From: Calditrichales bacterium
GTDB lineage: Bacteria > Calditrichota > Calditrichia > Calditrichales > J004
Direction of reading: 5' to 3'
DNA: 64,000 bases
NCBI GenBank assembly: GCA_965267575.1
Contig: OZ254086.1
Span: 4,288,001 to 4,352,000, forward strand
Below are positions 19,856-29,619 of this stretch, one piece after another (the first letter of the stretch is position 1; every line of letters starts with the position of its first letter). Made by a program: the position numbers and the translations under genes. Below the pieces are notes generated by a model that made no database searches, was not told where the DNA came from, and was given only the letters and a program-made list of their open reading frames with translations.

Positions 19856-21379
19856 TTAGTTTTGAGAATCCGGTATCTTTAAAAACACCAAGCGATCCAG
19901 GTTGTCTTCATTTACTTTGTTACGGATCTTAAGACGGACAACTTCGCCGCTATTATGCTTTTCGATGGCAGCGTTAAAATCATCAACGGATTTGATTTTT
20001 TCCTTATCCACCTCGGTTATCACGTCGCCGCGGAAGATGTCCGCTTCAGAGGCGGCGGAAAAACCCTCTACATCGGCAACAACAACGCCGCCGTCCAGAT
20101 CAAGCATTTTTTGCTGATCCTTGGACAAGTCACGCAGATTAAGCCCCAGGCTTGCCCCGTGGTTTCTTTTTGACTCTACAGGTTCGCGGCTTGAAAGCTC
20201 CGTCTCACCGCCTTGTCCTCGCAATACGACGCTTTTGCTGACCTTTTTGCCTTCCCGCCAGATTTCCAGGGTTACCTCCTGGCCCGGATTAAAGGTGCCT
20301 ATCCGTGCCTGAAGTTCATTGGATTTATTTACTTCCTGGCCATTTACAGAGAGAATCACATCACCCGGCTCGATTCCGGCGTCCGCGGCGGCGCCGTTCT
20401 CAACCATGCCCGTTACCAGTACACCGCGCGGTTTGTCCAAACCAACGCCCTCGGCAGTCACCGGATTGACATCTTTTATGTAAACACCCAAATAGCCGCG
20501 CTTCACCTCTCCAAATTTCATGATGTCATCAACAACGCTTTTGGCAATATTAATGGGCACGGCAAATCCATATCCGATATAGGAGGATTGTCCGAAACCG
20601 GGACGTGTGGCAATGGCTGTGTTAACGCCAATGACCTCGCCGTTGAGATTAACCAGCGCGCCCCCGCTGTTGCCGGGATTAATGGCGGCATCCGTCTGTA
20701 TAAAGTTCTCTATGGCATCGCTGCCGGGCAGAATATTAACATTACGACCGATCGCACTGACGATACCCGCCGTAACCGTAGAACGCAATCCAAGCGGGCT
20801 TCCTATCGCCAAAACCCATTCGCCGATTTCCGTATTATCGGAATTGCCCAGTACCGCATATGGCAAATCTTCGGCCTTGATCTTAACAAGGGCAATATCC
20901 GTTTTAGGATCGCGACCGATCAGCTCGGCATCATACTCACTATTATCGTCAAGCTGTATTCTGATTTTTTCCATGCCTTCGATAACGTGGTTGTTAGTGA
21001 TGATATAGCCGTCATCGCTGATTATGATTCCCGAACCCTGGCCCTGCTGCGGCACGTTTCGATGATTTTCATCATCGGGCATGAAATAGTGGAACGGGTT
21101 GGTTTGCTCCACCATGCGCTGCGTGTAAACGGAAACAATCGACGGACGTACCTTTTTTGCAATCCCGGTAAACTGCAGGTTTGGATTAAAATTGGCCATG
21201 GCAGGATTGCTGTTCTGCACAGGCTGGATATTGGACTCCGTGTACACGCTGCCCGCACTCTGCTGGGCGAAGCTGCGCGAATCAACCTGGAAATTACCTG
21301 TCATGATAACGCCAATTACAACGCCGATCGTGATAAGTCCGATAATTGTCGCGAGGGGATGTTTGAATTCTCTCATCAT
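19856..21379 (-). CDS. degP: HtrA/DegP-DegQ family serine protease with two PDZ domains
   Basis: GSGIII, TNNHV, TDIAL, IQTDAAINPGNSGGAL, two PDZ domains; exact paralog (degP vs degQ) uncertain. Confidence 0.9.
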   Translation of the reverse strand: MMREFKHPLATIIGLITIGVVIGVIMTGNFQVDSRSFAQQSAGSVYTESNIQPVQNSNPAMANFNPNLQFTGIAKKVRPSIVSVYTQRMVEQTNPFHYFMPDDENHRNVPQQGQGSGIIISDDGYIITNNHVIEGMEKIRIQLDDNSEYDAELIGRDPKTDIALVKIKAEDLPYAVLGNSDNTEIGEWVLAIGSPLGLRSTVTAGIVSAIGRNVNILPGSDAIENFIQTDAAINPGNSGGALVNLNGEVIGVNTAIATRPGFGQSSYIGYGFAVPINIAKSVVDDIMKFGEVKRGYLGVYIKDVNPVTAEGVGLDKPRGVLVTGMVENGAAADAGIEPGDVILSVNGQEVNKSNELQARIGTFNPGQEVTLEIWREGKKVSKSVVLRGQGGETELSSREPVESKRNHGASLGLNLRDLSKDQQKMLDLDGGVVVADVEGFSAASEADIFRGDVITEVDKEKIKSVDDFNAAIEKHNSGEVVRLKIRNKVNEDNLDRLVFLKIPDSQN

Positions 21380-21395
21380 TTCCTCCTTCGTATGT

Positions 21396-22076
21396 TTATT
21401 CTTCTCCGCGCAAAATAATCAAACGCAGAAGATGTATTAGGGCAACGGCTGTTGCGGCAACGTAGGTCATGGCCGCAGCATTCAAAACTTTGCGCGCGCC
21501 ACGAAGTTCCTGCTCCGCCAGATAACCGTTGTTCAGAATAGTTAAAGCGCGACGGCTGGCGTCAAATTCCACAGGCAGGGTAACCAGGTGAAAAAGTACA
21601 ACGCCGCCGAAGAAAATGATACCCAGGTCCATAAGCATCGGGCTGCTCATCAACAATCCGATAAAGAACAGCGGAAAAGCCGCAAACGAGGCGATATTGG
21701 TTACCGGGAGTATCGTGTGGCGCAGTTTTAATGGCGCGTAAGAGCGGGCGTGCTGAATGGCATGTCCCACCTCATGTGCGGCAACGGCCAGCGCCGCCAG
21801 TGAATTATTTTTATAGTTATCCACCGAAAGGCGCACCGTCTTATCGCGGGGATCGTAATGATCGGAAAGCTCGCCTTCCACGGCTTCCACTTTTACATCA
21901 TGTATTCCGTTTTGACGCAGGATGCTTTCCGCGACGCGGGCACCGCTCATACCCTGTGCGGACATCTGCTTTTGAAATTTTCTGTACGTTGAGCGCACAC
22001 GGAACTGCGCCCAAAGAGCCAACCCGATTGCCGGTATCAGCAAAAGAAAGGTCGGGTCATAGAAAAAGAATGGCAT
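21396..22076 (-). CDS. Membrane zinc metallopeptidase (YugP-like)
   Basis: LSDHYDP, VAAHEVGHAIQH (HExxH), TLPVEFDASRRA, VLNAAAMTYVA. Confidence 0.92.
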   Translation of the reverse strand: MPFFFYDPTFLLLIPAIGLALWAQFRVRSTYRKFQKQMSAQGMSGARVAESILRQNGIHDVKVEAVEGELSDHYDPRDKTVRLSVDNYKNNSLAALAVAAHEVGHAIQHARSYAPLKLRHTILPVTNIASFAAFPLFFIGLLMSSPMLMDLGIIFFGGVVLFHLVTLPVEFDASRRALTILNNGYLAEQELRGARKVLNAAAMTYVAATAVALIHLLRLIILRGEE

Positions 22077-22140
22077 TATGTGTTTCTCCTTCGTTAATTT
22101 TCAAAGTCGTTGGTTTTCTGTAGTTTGGCCGATGATTAAA

Positions 22141-22155
22141 ACAAAAAATGTACCA
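22141..22155 (-). promoter_or_regulatory. Putative sigma54 promoter of the peptidase-degP operon
   Basis: Minus strand TGGTACATTTTTTGT (GG-N10-GT variant), ~65 bp upstream of ATG 22076. Confidence 0.55.
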
Positions 22156-22280
22156 AACTTTATTCTCATTAAAAAACAACAAATGAATGCAGTTTTGGCC
22201 TGTCCGGTTCCGCAATTTTTAATGACAACGCAATATTTTATGGCCATTTTGGCAGAATCACGCAAACTGGCATAATCCAG

Positions 22281-22760
22281 ATGAATTACATCATTGATGG
22301 CTTTAATGTTGCATTTAAAGACGCGAAAACAGCAAACCTTATCCGTGGCGGAAACACCGATGCCGCTATCTCCGGGACAGTAGCGTTGGTGCGGCGTATC
22401 CTCAAAAATAACAAAGGAAAAATCGTTGTTGTTTTTGATGGCAAAGAAGGCCAGCAGGCACCGCGTTTTCCGGGCCTGACCGTGCGCTTCAGCAAAGCGC
22501 CGCAAAAGGCAGACGACATCATCCGGGCCTTTGTGCGCAAGACAAAAAACATTAATCGCTGGACAGTCGTTTCGTCGGACAACGAAATCCGTTTCAGTGC
22601 ACAGGACCACGGCGCAGCCACCCTGAACGCCGCCGAATTTCTGGCTATGAAAAAAACGACCATAGATCCGTCGGCGGAAGAAGTAAAAAAATACGAAGCT
22701 CGCAATATCGACACCGAATACTGGCTTAAACTATTCAAAGAACGCGATCGTGATGAATAA
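22281..22760 (+). CDS. NYN/YacP-like PIN-fold protein
   Basis: YIIDGFN, VVVFDG, KADDII, VVSSDNEI. Confidence 0.85.
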   Translation: MNYIIDGFNVAFKDAKTANLIRGGNTDAAISGTVALVRRILKNNKGKIVVVFDGKEGQQAPRFPGLTVRFSKAPQKADDIIRAFVRKTKNINRWTVVSSDNEIRFSAQDHGAATLNAAEFLAMKKTTIDPSAEEVKKYEARNIDTEYWLKLFKERDRDE

Positions 22761-24072
22761 AACCAAAGCGCGCTTTACCCTGTTGTTCTGGATCGGCATA
22801 ATACTGATCCTGACCGCTAATGTTTTTCTGTGGCTTTACGTAAACCGCTTGGAGGGTCGCTTCCAGGAACAGCTGCGTTTGCGATTGCTTAGCACCAGCC
22901 GCGCGCTCGACCGCCAGATAGACGGCGATGCCCTTAACCGCATCGTGCCGGGAAACAGTTTTTCACTGGATTATATTGCCCTGCTGACCACGCTGCAAAC
23001 CTTTCAGCAACAAGACAGCCTGCAGAGCATCATCCTGTTTTCAGCATCGGGCGAAGTGCTCGTTTCGGCACCGGAAGTATTGACGCAGCAGCAAACGACG
23101 CTGCCGGGCGATACACTTTTCCGGCGTGCTTATGACGGCGAAACCGTTGTAAGCGAACCGCGGGAAATAGCCGGAAACTGGCTGATGTCGGTCCTGCGGC
23201 CGGTTTTTGATTCAAACGGCTTCATCGTTGCAGTGCAGGTTATCGAGGCACGGGCAGACTATTTTGAAACATTGGAAGAATTGCGCCGGCAGCTGCTGCT
23301 GTACAGCCTCATTACGCTCGTGCTGATCATCCTCGTTGCCGTTTACCTCTACCGGCTGATTAACCGGACGATGGCTTACCAGGCGGAAATAAAAGACCGT
23401 GAGCATTTGGTGGAACTGGGAACAATGGCGGCGTCCGTGGCTCATGAGTTGCGAAATCCGCTGGGGATTATTGAAGGTACAAATGAGCTTATCCGCAAAA
23501 AATACGGCAGGCAGGAAGATGAGCTTTTTGGCTACATTCCTGATGAGGTGCGGCGGCTGAGCGTGCTGATCGAGAATTTTCTCAATTTTGCGCGCACTCC
23601 GCAGATCCGCACAGAGCAGGTAAATGCAGATCTTCTGCTTCAAAAGATAATCGCCGGTTATCCGGCGCAGAGGCAGGAACAGATCCACCTGCAGCAAACG
23701 GAAAAGGCGCCTGTTATCGAAAGTGACCCCGCCCTGCTGGAACAGGTGTTTCTGAACATCACGCGCAACGCCCTGGATGCCGTCGACCCGGTTAAAGGGC
23801 AATTGGACATTAAAACCGAACAACATTCAAACCGCCTGCTGCTTTATTTTTGCGACAATGGTGATGGTGTGCCGGAAGAAAACCGCGCGTCAATTTTCCG
23901 GCCCTTTTTTACCACCCGGGAAAAAGGTACGGGGCTGGGTTTGGCCATTTCGCGCCGACTGGCACGTTTGCTTGGCGGCGATATTCGCTATACCGCACGT
24001 CCTGAAGGCGGCTCCTGCTTTATCGTAGAGTTACCAGTTCGCTATCCGGGCAATACAAATGGAAATGACTGA
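22750..24072 (+). CDS. Membrane sensor histidine kinase
   Basis: Two TMs; AHELRNPL H-box, NITRNA, DNGDG, PFFTT, GTGLGL. Confidence 0.92.
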   Translation: MMNKTKARFTLLFWIGIILILTANVFLWLYVNRLEGRFQEQLRLRLLSTSRALDRQIDGDALNRIVPGNSFSLDYIALLTTLQTFQQQDSLQSIILFSASGEVLVSAPEVLTQQQTTLPGDTLFRRAYDGETVVSEPREIAGNWLMSVLRPVFDSNGFIVAVQVIEARADYFETLEELRRQLLLYSLITLVLIILVAVYLYRLINRTMAYQAEIKDREHLVELGTMAASVAHELRNPLGIIEGTNELIRKKYGRQEDELFGYIPDEVRRLSVLIENFLNFARTPQIRTEQVNADLLLQKIIAGYPAQRQEQIHLQQTEKAPVIESDPALLEQVFLNITRNALDAVDPVKGQLDIKTEQHSNRLLLYFCDNGDGVPEENRASIFRPFFTTREKGTGLGLAISRRLARLLGGDIRYTARPEGGSCFIVELPVRYPGNTNGND

Positions 24073-25648
24073 TATTTTTCTGTTTTTTCTTTACGCGTCA
24101 ACGTTTTACCGTTTCCGCTATTTTTTCAGCTATCTCAAAAAGCGCCAGCCACAGGTTGTGGCGGATACGGCGCACCGCTGTGTCCGCGGCCAAGACCTGC
24201 CCGTTCTGGTCATTTTCAAAAACGCCGATCGCTATCCCGCGCGACTGCTTACGGTTGAAGTAGAGGTGGACGGCAAACCGGCATTTAAGCAGACAATGGA
24301 TCAAAGCATTCGCGAAAAACAATATGAAAAAATATTCCGGCTGCCGACAAAACACCTTGAACATGGCGCGCATTTTATAAATGTGGCGATTGTTTATGAA
24401 TGCAGCGGACGCCGGTACCGCTGCTATAACGACAATTACCGCGGGACGAGCCATGCCCCGCTGCCCTTCTTTATCAGCGAACAAGCCCTGCCCCGACTGG
24501 AGGGCTTTGTAAGCGGCGATTGCCACATGCACAGCGCCTGCACCGATGACCAGGTTGAATTTGCCGCCACTTTGCCGTCTTCCGTGGAGATGGCCAGGAC
24601 GGTGGGCCTGAACTTTTTTGCCGTTACCGACCACTCCTACGATTTAGATGATGACCCGGACAATTTTCTGATCAACGATCCTCAATTGCCGAAATGGAAA
24701 CAGCTTTTGCGGGAAGTGGATATGCTCAACAACAGCAATGATGAATTCTGCGTTATTCCGGGTGAAGAGGTCAGTTGCCGCGCGGTTTCAGGGAAAACCG
24801 TACATTTACTGGTCTACGACAGCAGGCAATTTTTTGAAGGAAGCGGCGACAGCGGTGAAAAGTGGTTTAGGCGGCGTTCGCGTTTTTCCGTTGAAGAAGT
24901 AAGCGCTGCATTAACACCGGGGGCTTTGGCGTTTGCCGCCCATCCCGAGGAGCGCGTACCGGCCGCACAACGCATGTTGCTGAACCGTGACAGCTGGCTT
25001 GAGCAGGACTGTCGCAGCAAAGGTTTGAACGGTGTGCAAATCATAAACGGCATGGATGAAAGCAATCTGCGCGTGTCGATAAATTTTTGGCGTGACCTGC
25101 TGCTAAAAGGCCTTAAATTACCGGCCATAACAGGCAATGACGGCCACGGCAATTTTTCGCGGAACAGGTCGATTGATATCCCGTTCATCCGCATCAGTGA
25201 AACCGACGACCATGTTTTTGGCGTGTGGCGCACAGATGTCTATTTAGGCGGAAAGGCGCTTTCAACCGGCGCTTTGACAGACGCCCTGCGCAAAGGCCGT
25301 TGTGCCATCAGCAACGGTCCCGCTCTGGAGCTGCGCCTGTTTAGCGCAGGAAATGGATTTCTCATGGGTGACACGGCCGCCGATCCGCTGGGTTACAGGA
25401 TAAGGGCCATATCGACAGAGGAGTTTGGTGCTATTCAGAATGTCCGCCTTTGTATCGGCCTTGAAAAATATGAAAAAATAATTGTGCTTCCCGTTGAACA
25501 AAATGGTTGTTTTAAACTGGAAATAGAAGAAAAATTACCGAAACTTGAGCGGGTTAAATACGTTCGCGCAGAATTGGATTGCGTGGGCGCCCGGGGAAAG
25601 CGGCATGCTTTCAGTAATCCGGTGTTTATAAACAGGAATGGAGATTAG
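24059..25648 (+). CDS. PHP-domain (CehA/McbA-like) metallohydrolase
   Basis: GDCHMHS, VTDHSYD, GEEVS, AAHP, GNDGHG. Confidence 0.8.
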   Translation: MEMTDIFLFFLYASTFYRFRYFFSYLKKRQPQVVADTAHRCVRGQDLPVLVIFKNADRYPARLLTVEVEVDGKPAFKQTMDQSIREKQYEKIFRLPTKHLEHGAHFINVAIVYECSGRRYRCYNDNYRGTSHAPLPFFISEQALPRLEGFVSGDCHMHSACTDDQVEFAATLPSSVEMARTVGLNFFAVTDHSYDLDDDPDNFLINDPQLPKWKQLLREVDMLNNSNDEFCVIPGEEVSCRAVSGKTVHLLVYDSRQFFEGSGDSGEKWFRRRSRFSVEEVSAALTPGALAFAAHPEERVPAAQRMLLNRDSWLEQDCRSKGLNGVQIINGMDESNLRVSINFWRDLLLKGLKLPAITGNDGHGNFSRNRSIDIPFIRISETDDHVFGVWRTDVYLGGKALSTGALTDALRKGRCAISNGPALELRLFSAGNGFLMGDTAADPLGYRIRAISTEEFGAIQNVRLCIGLEKYEKIIVLPVEQNGCFKLEIEEKLPKLERVKYVRAELDCVGARGKRHAFSNPVFINRNGD

Positions 25649-26928
25649 TGTTGTTTTTAAAAAAATTGATTCTGATTAACATCTGCATGGTAACGCTGCT
25701 TTTTGCCGACGGCTTTAACGGTCTGACCGTTTCCAAAGTCATCGTGAACGGCAACCGTGTCACCGAGCGCGACGTTATCGTCCGCGAAATGCTTCTTGAA
25801 GAAGGCGGCGTATACAGTGATTCCCTGCGCATCGTCTCGGAGCGCCGCATTCACAGCCTGTTTCTGTTTAACAATGTTGAAATTATTCCGGTACCCGATA
25901 ACCAGCAAGTCGCTTTGCTGGTAAACGTTACGGAGCGGCTTTTTTTATATCCTTTTCCCGTGTTTAACGTTGAAGACCGTGACTGGGAAAAGCTTACCTA
26001 CGGTGGCGGTTTTGCCCATGTAAACTTCCGGGGCCGGGCGGAAAAGCTTTTTGGCAGCCTGTTTTTCGGCTACAAACCGGGCTTTGAATTCGGTTATGAT
26101 AATCCGTGGATCGGCGGACCGGACAATCGTTATACATTATCCGTTTTAGTAAGCCGGTTTTCATGGCAGCACAAAACAGAAGAATTTGACGAAAGGCATT
26201 TTACCTCCGCCATTTCCGTCGGGAAATACTGGAATCGTTACCTGGCCACATTTCTCAAATTGGATTATGACCGCATCGTTCTGCCAGACAGTATCTCGCA
26301 TCGCCTTGCAACGGGCAACAACCGGGAAGAGCTTTTTGGATTTGCGGTGGTGAACAGCTTTGATAACCGCGATTTCACCGCTTATCCCTCCAGCGGCTGG
26401 TTACTGCAAAACAGCATTCTCTTTGAAAGCATCCTTAGACCGGAAAACCGCTACATTCAAGTTACCACGGACGCGCGGCGTTATTTGCAATGGAATGATA
26501 TTATTCTCGCGGGACGCCTGCTGCATATTGGCACCTTCGGTAATTTGCCTCTTTACAGGACAGTCTATTTTGGATTTAGTGAACGTGTACGCGGCCATTT
26601 TTCCGAAGTGTATGAGGGCAAGCACAGCATGCTTGGTTCCGCGGAATTTCGTTTTCCGCTGATACAGGAGAGACTGATTTCACTGCCGTCTTTCTTTTTA
26701 CCGCCCAGCTCCACGCAAAATCTCAAATTCGGGTTAAATGGCGCTGTTTTTATCGACAGTGGGATCATTTGGTCGCAGCCGGCCCAACTGGCCAGGGACA
26801 ATATTGTGACCGGCTTTGGAGTGGGTCTGCATTTTCGCCTTCCATATATAGAAATCGCCAGGCTTGAAGCCGGGTTTGACCTGGACTTTAACAGTGAAAT
26901 AATATTTGAAGTAGGCGCGGCTTTGTAA
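25648..26928 (+). CDS. Omp85/BamA-TamA family outer-membrane protein with single POTRA
   Basis: GNRVTERDVIVREM POTRA; NFRGRAE, VRG motif, FIDSG, GFGVGLHF. Confidence 0.85.
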   Translation: MLFLKKLILINICMVTLLFADGFNGLTVSKVIVNGNRVTERDVIVREMLLEEGGVYSDSLRIVSERRIHSLFLFNNVEIIPVPDNQQVALLVNVTERLFLYPFPVFNVEDRDWEKLTYGGGFAHVNFRGRAEKLFGSLFFGYKPGFEFGYDNPWIGGPDNRYTLSVLVSRFSWQHKTEEFDERHFTSAISVGKYWNRYLATFLKLDYDRIVLPDSISHRLATGNNREELFGFAVVNSFDNRDFTAYPSSGWLLQNSILFESILRPENRYIQVTTDARRYLQWNDIILAGRLLHIGTFGNLPLYRTVYFGFSERVRGHFSEVYEGKHSMLGSAEFRFPLIQERLISLPSFFLPPSSTQNLKFGLNGAVFIDSGIIWSQPAQLARDNIVTGFGVGLHFRLPYIEIARLEAGFDLDFNSEIIFEVGAAL

Positions 26929-26966
26929 TAGCTTCATACGAGTGAAGCTGCAAAGCCGGAGGTTGC

Positions 26967-27854
26967 TTGTCTTCTCGCCCGTTACACCGTTTCTCCTCGC
27001 CTATTAAACGATCGTCTTCACAGGTTGAGTCCGCATCGCTGTCTTACCTGTACATCGAATTGGATGCCGATATCCCTGTCCTGTTTTTACACGGTATTCC
27101 CAGCAGTGCCGAGTTATGGCGCGAAGTGATGGTTACCATGCACCAGGACCGTTTCCGGGTTTTTGCCATCGATTTGCCGGGATACGGGAAAACGCGTTTA
27201 ACGCCTGACAGCAATTTCTCTTTAAAAAATGCCGCCCGCCTTGTAGCCTTGTGGATTGAGCAAAAGCTGCAAGGCGAACCCGTCTGGCTGGTTGGCCATG
27301 ATTTAGGCGGAGCGGTTGCCCAGATACTCGCAGTAGAGAAACCGCAGCTTATTCAAAGACTTACCCTGTGTAATTCCCCGTTTGACAGAAGCTGGCCTGT
27401 GCTACCTGTGCGTGTTTTCCGGCTGGCGGCAAAACTGAGTCTTTATGATTTTATCGCCCGCAATGGCATGTTGCCGAATCCTTACACGCGTAATAAAATG
27501 AAAAAAGCTTTCTTCTCCGCTGATGAAATCTCGGAAGAGAAAATAAAACGTATTTTCTGGAGCGGCAAAGTTCATGACAAGGAAGGACGCCGGCAATTTG
27601 CCCTTCATCTGCGTCACCTGAATAATGACGATACGCATGATATTAAAATCAGATTAAAAAATTTTGACAAACCCGTACAGCTCATCTGGGCCGACCGTGA
27701 CTATTACCAGCCCTGGCTGATCGTCGGCCGCCGTCTTAGCAAAGTCTTCCCCCACGCCGATGTCCGGATTATTGCCAACAGTGGCCACTACCTGCCTTTA
27801 GAAAACCCGCAGGCGGTAACGGAATCCATGCTTTTCTGGCACGACAGTTTATAG
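26967..27854 (+). CDS. Alpha/beta hydrolase (epoxide hydrolase / haloalkane dehalogenase-like, Asp nucleophile)
   Basis: FLHGIP, DLPGYG, VGHDLGG, SGHYLPLENP. Confidence 0.88.
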   Translation: MSSRPLHRFSSPIKRSSSQVESASLSYLYIELDADIPVLFLHGIPSSAELWREVMVTMHQDRFRVFAIDLPGYGKTRLTPDSNFSLKNAARLVALWIEQKLQGEPVWLVGHDLGGAVAQILAVEKPQLIQRLTLCNSPFDRSWPVLPVRVFRLAAKLSLYDFIARNGMLPNPYTRNKMKKAFFSADEISEEKIKRIFWSGKVHDKEGRRQFALHLRHLNNDDTHDIKIRLKNFDKPVQLIWADRDYYQPWLIVGRRLSKVFPHADVRIIANSGHYLPLENPQAVTESMLFWHDSL

Positions 27855-27864
27855 AAACATTCAT

Positions 27865-27895
27865 AAAAAAAGGCGCCACCGAGCCGTAGCGCCTT
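27865..27895 (-). terminator. Intrinsic terminator
   Basis: AAGGCGC...GCGCCTT stem with a T-run on the minus strand, downstream of 27949..29607. Confidence 0.65.
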
Positions 27896-27948
27896 AATCA
27901 ACCGCTTGAGAAGCGGCCGAGCCTTTTGAGGGAGTGTAAGGAAGGCCG

Positions 27949-29607
27949 TTATTTTATCAGCATCATCCGCTTTGTGAATACCTTTCCTTCGGTCTTCAGC
28001 TGGTAGATATACATACCGCTGGCCAGATCGGAAGCATTCCAGATAACGCTGTATGTACCCGCGTTGCGTTTACCGTTTACAAGCGTAGCTACCTGCTGGC
28101 CAATCACGTTGAATACTCTCAGCTCAACGCTGCCGGCTCTAGCCATGCTGAATTCAATCTTTGTAAGCGGGTTAAACGGGTTCGGGTAGTTTTGCTTCAG
28201 AGCAAATTCTGTAGGAATGTTAGTGCTCAGTTGACGCTCATAGATGCCTGTTACAACATAACCCAGCTGATCGAGGGCTGTCCAGCCCAGCAGCCAGTTG
28301 TTGCCGCCAAAGGCACCTACGTAGCTTGTTTTTACAAAATAGTCATCATCAATATCCAGGGCACCGCTCAGGGCCGGGCTGCCCGATTTGGGACGCGGGT
28401 CCAGACCTTCGTCCGTGTCACGGCTGATGCCGCGCAGCATCGGATCTTCAATGCGATTGTTGTTATTAGCCAGATGTGTCTGCACAAAATCCTGCGGCGC
28501 AAACTGGTTCAGGTTGTTACCGGCACCAAAGTTGTACCAGATGTTGTTCATCAAAGCAAGGTCGCCGGCTTCCAGACGCTTGCGGCTGTCTTCGGCTTTC
28601 TCACCGCTGTTGTCGATGTCTTCCACCGTAATACCAACGCTAGTCGAAGCATCATCGTAATCGGCGAAAACACTGTTGTAATAGAAACCGCCCGTATTGT
28701 CACGGAAAATCAGCATCTGCTCGCCGTCACCGCTTGGCGTGGCGCCCAGACCGGCACCCAGGTAAGTCACGTTGGCAACCATCGGCTTGGCATAGGGTGT
28801 TCCCTGCTCATTACCACCGGCACCGTCCATCTCGGCCACACGGCCGGCTTCGTCACCCGCCTGGATTGCAAACCAGAACTGGTGCTTGCCGTTGAAGCCC
28901 TGGTCCCAGTCAAAAGCATCATCGCTGTTGAAAGCACTGACCAGGTAGCGCGTATTAACCGTGCCACCAAAAAATTCAAAACCATCGTCGCCACTGGCGT
29001 ACGATTCAATGTATTCAAGCGTTGTTCCGGCACCTACGCCCCCGGCACTCAGACCCTGGATCTCGTTACCGGTGGAGCTGCCCACGTTGATACCCGTGTG
29101 ACGAATAGAAACATAGCGCATTACACCCGAGCTGTGGTTGGGCTCATTGCCGCCGTAGCGCGAACGAAGAGCATCAATCTCGTTAACGCCTTCAATCGAC
29201 TGCTCGCTGGAGTTGTTGGTTGGGGCTGCACCGCATAGCACAACACCGCCCCACTCGCCGCGGTCGCTGAAGTCCAGGCTGCCCTGCAGATCGTCGTTAA
29301 CCGACGTGAAGATGATCGGGCGATCCGCCGTACCTTCGGCAAAGATCTGGGCGCGACGTGTAACCACCAGACCGGAAGCATCCGTATCCTGGCCGTCTTC
29401 GGCTTTGATCAGCGTACCGGCTTCGATCGTCAGGGTGGCTAAACTGTCCACAAACACCATCCCGTCAAGGATATACACTGTGTCAGCGGAGAAGGTCACG
29501 TGGGCGCCAACAGGGATGTCGGCATCCGTGATAACTTTCTCGGGCTTTTGGGCCAGCAAAATAAAGGGCACCAAAAGGGTGAGTAACGTAGGTCGAACAA
29601 ATCGCAT
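27949..29607 (-). CDS. Secreted beta-helix protein with C-terminal T9SS-type-A-like sorting domain, partner of the TonB receptor
   Basis: Signal peptide; LTIEAGTLI, PIIFTS, GEWGG, GGVGAGT, DDGFEFFGG, DDAFDWDQG; C-terminal LKQNYPNPFNP...SGMYIYQL...KRMMLIK. Confidence 0.8.
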   Translation of the reverse strand: MRFVRPTLLTLLVPFILLAQKPEKVITDADIPVGAHVTFSADTVYILDGMVFVDSLATLTIEAGTLIKAEDGQDTDASGLVVTRRAQIFAEGTADRPIIFTSVNDDLQGSLDFSDRGEWGGVVLCGAAPTNNSSEQSIEGVNEIDALRSRYGGNEPNHSSGVMRYVSIRHTGINVGSSTGNEIQGLSAGGVGAGTTLEYIESYASGDDGFEFFGGTVNTRYLVSAFNSDDAFDWDQGFNGKHQFWFAIQAGDEAGRVAEMDGAGGNEQGTPYAKPMVANVTYLGAGLGATPSGDGEQMLIFRDNTGGFYYNSVFADYDDASTSVGITVEDIDNSGEKAEDSRKRLEAGDLALMNNIWYNFGAGNNLNQFAPQDFVQTHLANNNNRIEDPMLRGISRDTDEGLDPRPKSGSPALSGALDIDDDYFVKTSYVGAFGGNNWLLGWTALDQLGYVVTGIYERQLSTNIPTEFALKQNYPNPFNPLTKIEFSMARAGSVELRVFNVIGQQVATLVNGKRNAGTYSVIWNASDLASGMYIYQLKTEGKVFTKRMMLIK

Positions 29608-29619
29608 TAAGGAATCCTC

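Noticed and set aside
20213..21418. 401-aa plus-strand ORF (likewise 28192..29238 and other long antisense ORFs)
   Set aside because: Antisense shadows of well-supported genes, expected from codon bias.
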